Below the pieces are notes generated by a model. The model was given only the letters and a program-made list of their open reading frames with translations. It did no database searches and was not told where the DNA came from. Below are positions 33,819 through 43,748 of a stretch of DNA of 64,000 nucleotides, one piece after another. The position numbers and the translations under genes are program-made. How positions within the stretch are numbered: the stretch's first letter is position 1; every line of letters starts with the position of its first letter. The stretch comes from an uncultured bacterium (GTDB lineage Bacteria; Zixibacteria; MSB-5A5; CAIYYT01), in the NCBI GenBank assembly GCA_963726455.1, contig CAVSCK010000002.1, forward strand, positions 1-64,000. The letters are read 5' to 3'.

Positions 33819-35369
33819 ATGAACAAGTGTGGTATCGTTGTGGCTGTGGTCATTTTACTTAGCTGCTTCCTGACCACGTCGCTATTGGCTGTAGAGGGAG
33901 TCCCGACAACCACAACCAACCAAGGTATAATTATCTGTTCCCCCTGGCCGTCGTGCTTGAACAGCCCGACTGCAAGTGTCAAAGTGGGTCATCCGATCAC
34001 CGGCGACAGCGTCAACATCACCAGTGACTATTACGAGGGCCCGTTTTCGTTTCAACCGGATTCCAGCGGCGCCTACAGCATTATCATCGGTAACCATGTT
34101 CCACTATCTGCCGACGTCTTTAGCGACACAGGGCTTTATATGCAATTACTAATCAACGGCCAGCCAATCGCCCCGGCTGCCAGACTGACAACAGTTCCCT
34201 ATGCGTTTGTGACTCAGAGAGTCATGGGGGATGTCGAGACGAGTCCGGGCAAGCTCTTTGTAGTTGGCAGTGGCTGGGAGATCGGAATTGGAGATGGTCG
34301 CATCTTGCTGCAATCGGGTGGAGATTCGCTTCTGAATATTAGTGATCTCGATGGTTTCAACTGGTGGGGCAGGGCCAACTTCGGCAAAGGAAACACAATC
34401 ATTGATACGTCGGTAGCGTTCGTCGCAGGCGAGAACTGCCATGCAACCGGGGCCTGGTCAACTGTTGGTGGAGGTGGTGACAACACTGCCAGCCAAGTGT
34501 ACACTACTGTTGCCGGAGGTCACAACTGCGGGGCTTCTGCATCCGGCGCATCGGTATTGGGTGGATACCAGAACATCGCGGGCGGAACTGATGCGGCCGT
34601 CGGAGGTGGCTATGGGAACTGGGCATTTGGGGCCAGGTCGGTCATTGCCGGTGGGCAAGGCAATCTCGTGACCGGCGGCGCTTCCTTTGCTGCCGGCGAC
34701 CAATGCAAAGTAGCAGGAAATTACTCGGCGGCCATTGGCACACTCTGTAAAGCAGCGAATACGATTTCATATGCTTTCGGAAACCGGGCGGAAGCTCATC
34801 ACGACGGTGCGGTCGTGATATCCGCTAACTCCAGCATGGTTATGACGGACACAATTTCCTCGAGCGGTGCCGAACAGATGGTGCTGCGAGCGGATGGAGG
34901 TTTCTACCTCGGTAAGAACACTAATCTCGCCAGCATACCCGGAACCGATTTTCTCTACACCTCTTCGGGAGCGCATCTCACTACCGGTGGAGTCTGGACG
35001 AATTCCTGTGACTCAAGCGCCAAGGAGAATTTTGAAACGGTCGACGGGGAAGCGCTACTGTCAAAACTGGCTGATCTCCCGATAAGCGAATGGAATTACA
35101 AGGCAGAGAATCCTTCAATCCGGCATATCGGCCCCACGGCGCAGGATTTCAGTCGTCAGTTTGCTCTCGGCACCGATGATAAGTCAATTTCGACTATCGA
35201 CCCATCAGGAATCGCTTTGGCGGCAATCAAAGCTCTCGACAAACGGACGCTGGAACTCAGAGAGAAAACTGACGAACTCGAAACGCAGAAACAGCAGATC
35301 GCGAATCTGACAAAACTGGTCGAAGAGCTCAAGCTCATGGTTGAGCGTCTTCAGTCCAAAGGGAATTAG
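33819..35369 (+). CDS. secreted fibre/adhesin with Gly-rich beta-roll repeats and C-terminal peptidase S74 autochaperone + coiled coil
   Basis: Signal peptide; RLTTVPYAF; 14-aa 'VGGG..N.A' repeats; KENF...ISEWNYK...RHIGPTAQDF; AAIKAL coiled coil. Confidence 0.88.
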   Translation: MNKCGIVVAVVILLSCFLTTSLLAVEGVPTTTTNQGIIICSPWPSCLNSPTASVKVGHPITGDSVNITSDYYEGPFSFQPDSSGAYSIIIGNHVPLSADVFSDTGLYMQLLINGQPIAPAARLTTVPYAFVTQRVMGDVETSPGKLFVVGSGWEIGIGDGRILLQSGGDSLLNISDLDGFNWWGRANFGKGNTIIDTSVAFVAGENCHATGAWSTVGGGGDNTASQVYTTVAGGHNCGASASGASVLGGYQNIAGGTDAAVGGGYGNWAFGARSVIAGGQGNLVTGGASFAAGDQCKVAGNYSAAIGTLCKAANTISYAFGNRAEAHHDGAVVISANSSMVMTDTISSSGAEQMVLRADGGFYLGKNTNLASIPGTDFLYTSSGAHLTTGGVWTNSCDSSAKENFETVDGEALLSKLADLPISEWNYKAENPSIRHIGPTAQDFSRQFALGTDDKSISTIDPSGIALAAIKALDKRTLELREKTDELETQKQQIANLTKLVEELKLMVERLQSKGN

Positions 35370-35378
35370 GCGGCAAAC

Positions 35379-35891
35379 ATGTGGAAGAGAATAATTCCCA
35401 CTTCGCTATGGGTCTCTGGCATAATGTTTTTCGTGTTTGTCTGTACGGGACTGCTTATGGGCAGCGCAGGCGCGACTTCCGAACAGGATCAGGGCGCTCA
35501 AGCCGCGAAGCAACATAAGCCCGTGGCCGTCTACAAAATCAAACGACAGGCGATTACTTCCGGAGGCAATCGGGCCGGTTCAACGACATACGCATTGATG
35601 CATTCGATTGGCCAACCCACAGTCGGATCAGGCAGCTCGTCCGGTTATCGTGTAGATATGGGCCTCTGGCAACCAAACACAGGACCTTTTGTCTGCGGTG
35701 ATCCGTCGAATGATGGCTCTGTTGATATCTCTGACGCAGTATACTTGATACAGTACATTTTTGCCGGCGGTCCGGCGCCGAATCCATTGGCATCCGGAGA
35801 TGCTAATGGGGATGGCTCGGTGGACATATCGGATGCTGTGTATTTGATCCAGTACATCTTCTCAGGAGGGCCGGCGCCACAATGCAAGTAA
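35379..35891 (+). CDS. small secreted protein with C-terminal dockerin-like double EF-hand
   Basis: Signal peptide; ITSGG...SIGQP...GLW domain; two GDxxxDGSVDISDAVYLIQYIF repeats. Confidence 0.85.
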   Translation: MWKRIIPTSLWVSGIMFFVFVCTGLLMGSAGATSEQDQGAQAAKQHKPVAVYKIKRQAITSGGNRAGSTTYALMHSIGQPTVGSGSSSGYRVDMGLWQPNTGPFVCGDPSNDGSVDISDAVYLIQYIFAGGPAPNPLASGDANGDGSVDISDAVYLIQYIFSGGPAPQCK

Positions 35892-35990
35892 TGTTGCACC
35901 GCTGTGCGGTTCGCATTGATAGCACGGATCGCGCTGGTACCGAGACTGACTTGACTCAACCCTAAGTCCTTCTTGAAAGCGAGGTGCCCA

Positions 35991-37286
35991 ATGCATGCTC
36001 TCAGAATCTTCTCTCTTGCGGGTGTAATCTGCGCGGTCTGCACGAGTATGGCGCTCTCTCAGGAGATGGCCTGGCAGAAGTCTTACGGCATTCCAGGCCG
36101 AGGCACCTGTTTCAATAGCATAGTGGTGCAAAATGACGGCTACCTTCTCGCGGGAGTTGATGCCCGTCTGGATGCTCCGACTCGGAAGGCGTACGCAGTT
36201 CGGACAAGCAGGATCGGTGACACTCTTTGGACCCGTCGGTACGACTTCTGTGAATCCCAGGTATTCACAAGTGCCCTGGCAGTATCCGCCGGGGGCTTTC
36301 TCCTGGCTGGTTGGGAATATTGTTTCACTGGTACAACATGTCCGACTTTCCTATTGTTCAGGATCAACGAGAACGGCGATAGCATCTGGGCAAGGAAGCC
36401 ATTCGGCGACTTCTCATATTCCGAGGGCCATAGTCTGATTGAGGCATCAGGGGGTGGATTCATCACCTGCGGCTTCTTGAGCGATGGGTGGACGATTCCC
36501 GACATCTTTGTGTGCGAGACAAACGGTTCCGGAAACATCACTTGGAACAGACGAATGTTGCGACCCGATCTCTGGGAGGAAGCTAATCAGGTAATCCGAA
36601 CTAGGGACGGTTATTACATGGTTGTTGGAAACAGTCAGGAACAAATGGGATCAAGCAACGACTGTTTTGCAATGTTGATGAATAGCGCCGGCGACACTCT
36701 GTGGCTGAGAACTTACGGTATACCTGATAGTATCGAGACGGCATTTGCGGTTGCGGAAGCCGCTGATTCGGGGTTCGTCATAGCGGGATCGGCATTCGCG
36801 GGAATGCAACTCACGAGGATAGGAGGGCACGGGCAATTGCTTTGGCAACGAACCTACGGCGGCAATGGGGCCACAGCTTATGCGATCACAAATACTCCAG
36901 ACGGCGGTTTCGTGATTGGCGGAACGATTCTCCTCAAAGTCAGCCCGCTTGGTGATTCCCTTTGGTCGGCGACATTGCCGGGCGTCGCGAAGGCAGTTGT
37001 CCGGGATATTGATGGGAGCATTATGGTCGCGGGTTGTGGCGCCGTCGAACCCGATGCCTATCTCATCAAATATGTGTTTCCGCACCCCTGTGGCGACGCC
37101 AACGCCGACGGATCAGTCGACATCTTTGATGCGGTTTATCTGATCGCCTATATTTTCTCCGGTGGTCCTGCGCCCAGCCCGCTGGCAGCCGGTGACGCCA
37201 ACAGCGATGGGTCAGTTGATATCTCGGATGTGGTATACCTTATCGCTTACATCTTCAGCGGTGGTCCGGCCCCGTGCGTGATTTAA
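35991..37286 (+). CDS. secreted beta-propeller-repeat protein with dockerin-like C-terminus
   Basis: GAGGTG RBS; repeated GDTLW.R.Y / DGGFVIGG; two GDAN.DGSVDI.D.VYLIAYIFSGGPAP repeats. Confidence 0.85.
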   Translation: MHALRIFSLAGVICAVCTSMALSQEMAWQKSYGIPGRGTCFNSIVVQNDGYLLAGVDARLDAPTRKAYAVRTSRIGDTLWTRRYDFCESQVFTSALAVSAGGFLLAGWEYCFTGTTCPTFLLFRINENGDSIWARKPFGDFSYSEGHSLIEASGGGFITCGFLSDGWTIPDIFVCETNGSGNITWNRRMLRPDLWEEANQVIRTRDGYYMVVGNSQEQMGSSNDCFAMLMNSAGDTLWLRTYGIPDSIETAFAVAEAADSGFVIAGSAFAGMQLTRIGGHGQLLWQRTYGGNGATAYAITNTPDGGFVIGGTILLKVSPLGDSLWSATLPGVAKAVVRDIDGSIMVAGCGAVEPDAYLIKYVFPHPCGDANADGSVDIFDAVYLIAYIFSGGPAPSPLAAGDANSDGSVDISDVVYLIAYIFSGGPAPCVI

Positions 37287-37372
37287 CTCATTAAACCTCA
37301 ATCGAATCGGCCTTGGCAGACAAGTTCGTCAAGGCCTTCGCCCCACCCTTGGTCAGAATTTCTCGAAACGCA

Positions 37373-37401
37373 TGTCACGTTTTGTCTCCTGTTAGCACAA
37401 T
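37373..37401 (+). promoter_or_regulatory. putative ECF promoter TGTCAC-N18-ACAAT
   Basis: TGTCAC gttttgtctcctgttagc ACAAT. Confidence 0.7.
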
Positions 37402-37455
37402 TGAGTGCAAATGAGAAACTGCAATACTAAACATACTTCACAGGAGGAATCCAAA

Positions 37456-40059
37456 ATGACTCGCAAATGCTATTTGACAACGACGGTGATGCTGGCGGTA
37501 CTGTTCTGGTTTGGGAGTCTCGCTGCTGGAGGTGACAGTAGTATCACAAATGGCCCGGAAGCAGTCAAATCAACAGGCAGAAGCGTGTCGGAATTGCTGA
37601 CGCCTGACGGTCGGTTTGATTTACAGGCAGCTAGAGCGGCAGGTTATCAAGGCGACTTGGATATCGAGGGTTACGGCGTTCAGGTTGACCCCAGGACTGG
37701 CGAGCCCGTTTTGTCTTCGTCTTCGCCGAACATGCCGATCAATGATCCCGGTGATTCGTATTGGGACAACAGTATCTCGCCTTCAATTTCGGGAACCGAC
37801 GGTACGGTCTCAGCTATGACTATCTATGATGGCAAGCTGATCATTGGCGGAGGCTTCAGTGTGGCCGGCAGTGTGAGAGCCAATAATCTAGCGGCTTGGG
37901 ACGGGACATCTTGGACGGCACTAGGTTCGGGAACTAACGGTCAGGTGTCGGCCCTTGCCGTCTTTAGCGACAAGCTGATTGTAGGCGGATTGTTCACCAC
38001 TGCGGGCGGAGTTTCAGCCAATCAAATCGCCTCTTGGGATGGTAACTCGTGGTCTCCACTGGGTTCAGGTGTCAGCAGTCAAGTTAATGCGCTTGTTGTG
38101 TTCGACAACAAGCTGATTGCAGGCGGAGGATTTTCGACAGCTGGAGGAGTCTCTGCCAATGGAATTGCATCCTGGGATGGAAGTTCTTGGACAGCCCTTG
38201 GATCATGGGAGAGTCGCAATGTGTTCGCTCTATCAGTTTACGGTGGCAAGCTTATTTCGGGGGGAACGTTCGTAGCAGCTGGCGATATTAGGTTGAACAA
38301 TATCGCTGCCTGGGATGGATCCACATGGTCAGCTCTAGGCCAAGGTACGAACGGATTTGTCGGGGCTCTTGCGGAATATAATGGCAAGCTGATCGTGGGC
38401 GGGACCTTTAGTCAAGTTGATGGCATGCTAGGGGCCAACCACGTAGCCGCTTGGGACGGTGTCTCGTGGTCAAAGATGGGTCAAGTCACAGATGGTGTGG
38501 ACGGCCGAGTAAACGTTTTGACTACCCACAATGGAAGACTGATTGCAGGTGGTCTATTCATCGCTGCCGGTGGACTCAGCATGAACAACATAGGTGCGTG
38601 GGATGGTACCGAATGGGTAGGCCTTGGCAGGGGCATGGGTTGGGAAGCGACTGCCCTGGCAGAGTTTAACGGACAGTTGATTGCCGCCGGAAGTACTAAC
38701 TGGAACGAAATAGGTTATCGAAATCGCTTGGGTGCCTGGGACGGAAGTTCGTGGTCCTCTTTGGGATACGGATTCAACAACATGGTCCTGTGCATGGTTG
38801 TCTTCAACGGGGAATTGGTGGTCGGGGGAGAATTTGTCCACGCTGGTGGTGTTGAAGCAAACTTCATAGCTGTATGGAATGGCACAGTTTGGTCACCACT
38901 CGGAAAAGGAATGGATAACGTGGTGTCCAGCCTTGCAGTACTTGATGGCAAGTTGTACGCTGGCGGGAGGTTTCTACGAGCAGGAGATGCTGATGCAAAT
39001 CGGATAGCATCCTGGAACGGAGTAGCTTGGAGTGCCCTCGGATCGGGATTCGATGGCGAAGTATCGGCGCTCTCATCTTACGACGGGAAGCTTGTTGTTG
39101 GAGGTAGTTTTGCGTCTGCCGGTGACAGCGTAGTGAACCGAATTGCGACGTGGGATGGCAATGTATGGACTTCGTTGGGAGGAGGCGTAAGTGGTCCGCC
39201 ATACGGGTATTATTATGTGAATGATATAGTCACATTCCGAGGCAGTTTGGTTGTCGGAGGTTCTTTTGAGACCGCGGGAAACGTGGCCGCTAAGAACGTC
39301 GCTACGTGGGACGGTTCAACGTGGTCCTCGCTAGGAGATGGAGTGGGGAGTTCATATCAGTACGTGTCCTCCCTGGAAGTCTTCGGGGACGATCTCGTTG
39401 CAGGGGGCAATTTTGGTATTGCCGGAGGAGTGGCAGCCAAAGACATAGCCGCCTGGGATGGGGTTTCTTGGTCTCCTCTTGGCTCCGGTATCGACAGCTA
39501 TGTAAGCTGTCTTGGCGTCCACGACAACAGATTGATTGCCGGAGGATACTATTCCAATGCAGGCGGTACCGCCGCCAACAATATTTCTGCCTGGAACGGA
39601 TCAGGCTGGCTGAACTTGGGAAGTGGAACAAATGGCAGTGTCTCCGCGCTTTGCACATACGGTGACGAATTGATTGTTGGGGGAGGTTTTGCATTGGCCG
39701 GTGACAAGTCTTCTGCCTTTCTTGCTGCATGGTCCAATGTAGCTTCTGATGTCTACGAGTTTGGCGCGACGACTTTACCAGAGGATTTCGTTCTCGACCA
39801 AAACTTTCCGAATCCTTTCAACCCCATCACGCAAATTGGATTCGACCTGCCGAAATCCTCATTCGTGACTCTGGAAGTTTTCGATATCCTCGGGCGCAAA
39901 GTATCGACCTTGGTGAACGAGCATCTTGCGGCGGGAAACAAGAGAGTTGAGTGGAATGGCACTGACAACAACGGTGCGCAAGTCGCATCCGGGGTATATT
40001 TCTACCGGCTTACCTTTGGCGAAAACGTCGAAACCAGAAGAATGATTCTGATGAAATAA
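37456..40059 (+). CDS. secreted double beta-propeller protein with T9SS-type/FlgD-Ig C-terminal domain
   Basis: AGGAGG RBS; about 14 'LIVGG.F..AG...ANNIAAWDGSSWSALGSG' repeats; tail LDQNFPNPFNP...WNG...ASGVYFYRL...RMILMK. Confidence 0.88.
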   Translation: MTRKCYLTTTVMLAVLFWFGSLAAGGDSSITNGPEAVKSTGRSVSELLTPDGRFDLQAARAAGYQGDLDIEGYGVQVDPRTGEPVLSSSSPNMPINDPGDSYWDNSISPSISGTDGTVSAMTIYDGKLIIGGGFSVAGSVRANNLAAWDGTSWTALGSGTNGQVSALAVFSDKLIVGGLFTTAGGVSANQIASWDGNSWSPLGSGVSSQVNALVVFDNKLIAGGGFSTAGGVSANGIASWDGSSWTALGSWESRNVFALSVYGGKLISGGTFVAAGDIRLNNIAAWDGSTWSALGQGTNGFVGALAEYNGKLIVGGTFSQVDGMLGANHVAAWDGVSWSKMGQVTDGVDGRVNVLTTHNGRLIAGGLFIAAGGLSMNNIGAWDGTEWVGLGRGMGWEATALAEFNGQLIAAGSTNWNEIGYRNRLGAWDGSSWSSLGYGFNNMVLCMVVFNGELVVGGEFVHAGGVEANFIAVWNGTVWSPLGKGMDNVVSSLAVLDGKLYAGGRFLRAGDADANRIASWNGVAWSALGSGFDGEVSALSSYDGKLVVGGSFASAGDSVVNRIATWDGNVWTSLGGGVSGPPYGYYYVNDIVTFRGSLVVGGSFETAGNVAAKNVATWDGSTWSSLGDGVGSSYQYVSSLEVFGDDLVAGGNFGIAGGVAAKDIAAWDGVSWSPLGSGIDSYVSCLGVHDNRLIAGGYYSNAGGTAANNISAWNGSGWLNLGSGTNGSVSALCTYGDELIVGGGFALAGDKSSAFLAAWSNVASDVYEFGATTLPEDFVLDQNFPNPFNPITQIGFDLPKSSFVTLEVFDILGRKVSTLVNEHLAAGNKRVEWNGTDNNGAQVASGVYFYRLTFGENVETRRMILMK

Positions 40060-40084
40060 TCGATGGGTCAGATTGAGAGGGGAC

Positions 40085-40120
40085 AGCGGCGGTATCCGAA
40101 ACGATGCCGCCGCTTTGTTT
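40085..40120 (+). terminator. rho-independent terminator
   Basis: AGCGGCGGTATC-CGAAAC-GATGCCGCCGCT followed by TTGTTT. Confidence 0.8.
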
Positions 40121-40226
40121 ATGTGAGCTGCCCTAGACCATCGGTCAGCCCCCTGCCTCCTTACTTCATGCCATTTCAGACGTAACTTGTTATACTGCAA
40201 TGCGTTACGTGGCTCAGGACGGCTTC

Positions 40227-40255
40227 TGTCACATTTCCGGTATTAGTCCCACAAT
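40227..40255 (+). promoter_or_regulatory. putative ECF promoter TGTCAC-N18-ACAAT
   Basis: TGTCAC atttccggtattagtccc ACAAT. Confidence 0.7.
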
Positions 40256-40299
40256 AGGATGTGAACGAAATGAATGACAAAAACCGTAAGGAGGAAACA

Positions 40300-43278
40300 A
40301 TGAATCCGCAAAAGAACAACACCAGGTTTTGGACAGTGATCGGCTTAGCCCTCACGCTGTTCATCTATGGCTGCTCGGGAAAGACCGGCGGCACCAATCC
40401 GGTCGGCAATGAAGAACCAGCTCCCGAAGCACCGCAGAATCTCTCTGCTACTGCCATTTCAGCAGACAGCGTCCAACTCACCTGGCAGGACGCTTCAGGC
40501 AATGAACTTGGCTTTGCGATTGCCCGGCAGAAAGAGGGCGAGACCAAATGGACCAAGCTGGGACAACTGCCGGCCAACTCAACAATGTATATTGACTCGA
40601 GCGTCTCCGCAGCGACCACCTACATCTACAAAGTGAAGGCGACGGGATCCCGCAGCGAATCCCAATACTCCAATGAAGCATGGGTGTCCACCCCAGCCCT
40701 ACGCAAAGGACCGGCGGCTCCAACAAATCTACAGTTGACCCTCCTCGGGCCGGTAGTCATGCTTGCCTGGGTAAGCAGCGCGAATGACGTGGAAGGTTTT
40801 CGAATGTATCGCAAGGCATCAACCGACTCACTCTGGAGACTTGCGGGAACCCAGTCTTCGCTGGCTCGTTCGTGGTCAGACACACACGCACCCCTGGACT
40901 CTAATCTTTCGTACAGGGTTACTGCCTACAATCCGGACGGAGAATCGGACTACTCGAACACGCAGATAATCAATACCTGGATTGATCCGCCCTTACCACC
41001 CGCAGCTCCATCGAATTTCCAGGCCACGGCTATCTCCAGTCATGAAGTCCAGTTGACTTGGACGGACAATTCGGCTGACGAATCCGGCTTCACTTTAGAG
41101 CATGGCGTGGGCGCAGACATCGTGCTGCCCACTACGCTGATCCCCGCGAATGCCACTTCCTACGTTCTGGACGGTCTCAATGCCGCAACCACGTACACTT
41201 TCAGACTGTATGCCCACAGCGTGCGGTACGGCAATTCCGAGGTGGTGGTGGCGATTGCCAAGACTTTGGATGGTCCGGAACCACTGCCACTAGCTCCAAC
41301 CAATGCCAGTGCGGTCTTCGATCCCTCCACGGGCATTGTGGTCACGTGGCAAGACAACGCCTACAACGAGACCGGATTTGACGTCGAACGACAGACTAGC
41401 GTTTCAGCGGATTGGGTCAAGGTTGCCGACATCGTTTCCGGAATCTCCATCTACACCGATTCCGACGTTACAACGGGCTTTGCTTACGGTTACCGTGTAC
41501 TCGCACATAATGCGACGGGCAACTCGGCGTACTCCAACGTGGCCACGGTGACTGTCCCTGATACTCAAGTGATAATACTTGCTCCGACAAACCTCAGCGC
41601 TACTCTAGAGAATGCCGCGAGCGTCCGGCTGACCTGGACGGACAACTCAGACAATGAGGATGAGTTCATTGTCGAAAGAAGCATTCCGGGCGGCACCTGG
41701 AACTACGTCGGGGCTATTTCGCTTAACGCGACCTATTACTTTGACAACAGCGTCGCGGAAAATACAACCTATCGATACCGGGTTGCGGCCGCCAAGGGAG
41801 TATACAAGTCTGACTTCAGCAATGAGGTGCAAATCACTATTCCAAGAGTGCCGCAGATTCCTGCAGCCCCGACCGACCTCAAAGCGGAATCCGTTTCGGC
41901 TAGCGCGGTCAAACTGATATGGCAGGATCACGCCAACAACGAGCTCGGCTTCCGCATTGAACGCCGGGGCGGCGCCCAACTGGAATGGAAGGAAATCGCC
42001 GTCACGAGCAGCGATGTGGTTCGCTTCGAGGACAAGACGGTTGCTCCGTCCACCGTCTATGACTACCGTGTCAGAGCATACAACAACGACGGAGAATCAG
42101 ACTATTGCAGTGTCTTCGGGGTCACCACTCCGTCGTTGGAGACCGTGCCGGCGACACCATCAGATCTCAAAGCCATCGCCCAGGGAACCGATCGCATCAA
42201 TCTGACCTGGAGGGACAATTCGACCAACGAGAGTGGCTTCAAAGTAGAGCGGCGCAAATCTACCGAGCTTGTGTGGTCCGAGATTGCCAGAACAGGCGCC
42301 AATGATGTTGATTACCAGGACAACGGTCTCCAGCAGAACACGACCTACTATTATCGTGTGCGGTCCTACAATGTCACAGGTAATTCCGACTACAGTCTGG
42401 AGGCCTCAGCGACAACCGAGGCGATACCAGTACCGGCGACACCTTCGGAGTTTTCGGCGGTAGCCACTTCACAGACGGAAATCAGTCTGACTTGGAAGGA
42501 TAACTCTTCGAATGAAAACGGTTTCACACTACTGCGAAACAAGTTCGGTAGCGATGTCGTTTTTGTAATACCTGTCGCTGCTGGCCAGACTGGTTATTCC
42601 GATACACCGCTCGAACCCAACACGAAGTACGTCTACCGGCTCTTCGCATTCAACAACATCTCGGGTAATTCCGATACTGTGCAGACCTCTGCGATCACTC
42701 TTCAGATTCCGAATCCGGCAGCCCCAAGCGATGTTAAAGCGATCATATATCCTGATGGTAAAGTAGTTGTCACCTGGAAAGACAACTCGGATAACGAAAG
42801 CAGCTTCGAAGTACAACGCCTTTCAGTTCCGTATATTGGAATTCCAAATTGGTCTATCGCTTGCACAGTGGGTGCGAATGCCACTTCAGCTCAAGATCGG
42901 GTTGATTCCACCAGATCTTACAGCTATCGCGTCGCGGCGGTAAATGCCGGAGGGAGAGCAACTTCGCCAGCCGTAGCTGCGGAAAAGCTGACTCCTCCTG
43001 CGGCCCCGACCAATCTGACGGGCTTTCGCAATGAGATTACCAGGCAGGTAACGCTCAAGTGGCACGACAACGCGGACAACGAGGATTCCACCGTGATAAT
43101 GTGGTACAATCGGGATGGCCTGCCGGGTCCCCATTTTGATAGGATCGGAGTGGTTGGACCGAATGTCAATCAGTGGCGTAACGTCTTTAACCAGATTCCG
43201 CCTGCCAATTCTATGTTCAAGATCCGGGTAGTAAATGCAGCCGGAGTAGCTGAAAGCTCGCAGTTTACTATTCAGTAG
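40300..43278 (+). CDS. lipoprotein with ten fibronectin type III domains
   Basis: TAAGGAGG RBS, lipobox IYGC; ten PAAP.NL.A...LTW.DNS.NE.GF..ER...Y.YRV.A.N repeats. Confidence 0.9.
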   Translation: MNPQKNNTRFWTVIGLALTLFIYGCSGKTGGTNPVGNEEPAPEAPQNLSATAISADSVQLTWQDASGNELGFAIARQKEGETKWTKLGQLPANSTMYIDSSVSAATTYIYKVKATGSRSESQYSNEAWVSTPALRKGPAAPTNLQLTLLGPVVMLAWVSSANDVEGFRMYRKASTDSLWRLAGTQSSLARSWSDTHAPLDSNLSYRVTAYNPDGESDYSNTQIINTWIDPPLPPAAPSNFQATAISSHEVQLTWTDNSADESGFTLEHGVGADIVLPTTLIPANATSYVLDGLNAATTYTFRLYAHSVRYGNSEVVVAIAKTLDGPEPLPLAPTNASAVFDPSTGIVVTWQDNAYNETGFDVERQTSVSADWVKVADIVSGISIYTDSDVTTGFAYGYRVLAHNATGNSAYSNVATVTVPDTQVIILAPTNLSATLENAASVRLTWTDNSDNEDEFIVERSIPGGTWNYVGAISLNATYYFDNSVAENTTYRYRVAAAKGVYKSDFSNEVQITIPRVPQIPAAPTDLKAESVSASAVKLIWQDHANNELGFRIERRGGAQLEWKEIAVTSSDVVRFEDKTVAPSTVYDYRVRAYNNDGESDYCSVFGVTTPSLETVPATPSDLKAIAQGTDRINLTWRDNSTNESGFKVERRKSTELVWSEIARTGANDVDYQDNGLQQNTTYYYRVRSYNVTGNSDYSLEASATTEAIPVPATPSEFSAVATSQTEISLTWKDNSSNENGFTLLRNKFGSDVVFVIPVAAGQTGYSDTPLEPNTKYVYRLFAFNNISGNSDTVQTSAITLQIPNPAAPSDVKAIIYPDGKVVVTWKDNSDNESSFEVQRLSVPYIGIPNWSIACTVGANATSAQDRVDSTRSYSYRVAAVNAGGRATSPAVAAEKLTPPAAPTNLTGFRNEITRQVTLKWHDNADNEDSTVIMWYNRDGLPGPHFDRIGVVGPNVNQWRNVFNQIPPANSMFKIRVVNAAGVAESSQFTIQ

Positions 43279-43506
43279 GCCCCTTGTAGCGGGCTTCAAC
43301 AAGAAGCCCTGTGTTCACCCGGCGGGAGATCACTCAGGTCTCCCGCCGGTTCTGTATTGGAGTGCGATCGTGCACGTTATTCTCGGCTTGTCTGGCTGTG
43401 AGTTCCACTTTTGCGGCGCAAGAACTTGAGCGGTGCGCAGGTAGTTTGCTTCCGTTCCCAATGACAGACAAATCGTGAAGGAAATCCAAGAAAGCCCCAT
43501 TTCCTC

Positions 43507-43535
43507 CGTCACATTCTCGCCTCCCGTGACGCAAT
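43507..43535 (+). promoter_or_regulatory. putative ECF promoter variant CGTCAC-N18-GCAAT
   Basis: Same spacing as the other copies; followed by a GAGGAG RBS and ATG 43596. Confidence 0.55.
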
Positions 43536-43595
43536 TCATTGTGAAAACAAGAGAAACCCGAAGTCAAACACCAATCCGATACGAGGAGTGACAGA

Positions 43596-43748
43596 ATGTA
43601 TCCATACATCGAATCTCCGATATGTTACAGAGGAGCAAATCGATTTAGCGATTGCACATCGAATTTCTTACCCAACAAGATAAGCCATTGGACCGTCCTC
43701 CTGTTAGCGTACTCATCATCCCGGGAATGTATGCGGTGCCGTATGTAA
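43596..43748 (+). CDS. 50-aa small ORF or truncated gene remnant
   Basis: GAGGAG RBS + ATG; MYPYIESPICYRGANRFSDCTSNFLPNKISHWTVLLLAYSSSRECMRCRM; below the ORF-track cut-off. Confidence 0.35.
   Translation: MYPYIESPICYRGANRFSDCTSNFLPNKISHWTVLLLAYSSSRECMRCRM

Noticed and set aside
33819-35369. Prophage tail-fibre gene
   Set aside because: It has a signal peptide and there are no capsid, terminase, tail or integrase genes nearby.
40151-40160. attR copy of the tRNA-Ser 3' end (CCCTGCCTC)
   Set aside because: Only about 9 bp match, in the middle of the block; not significant.
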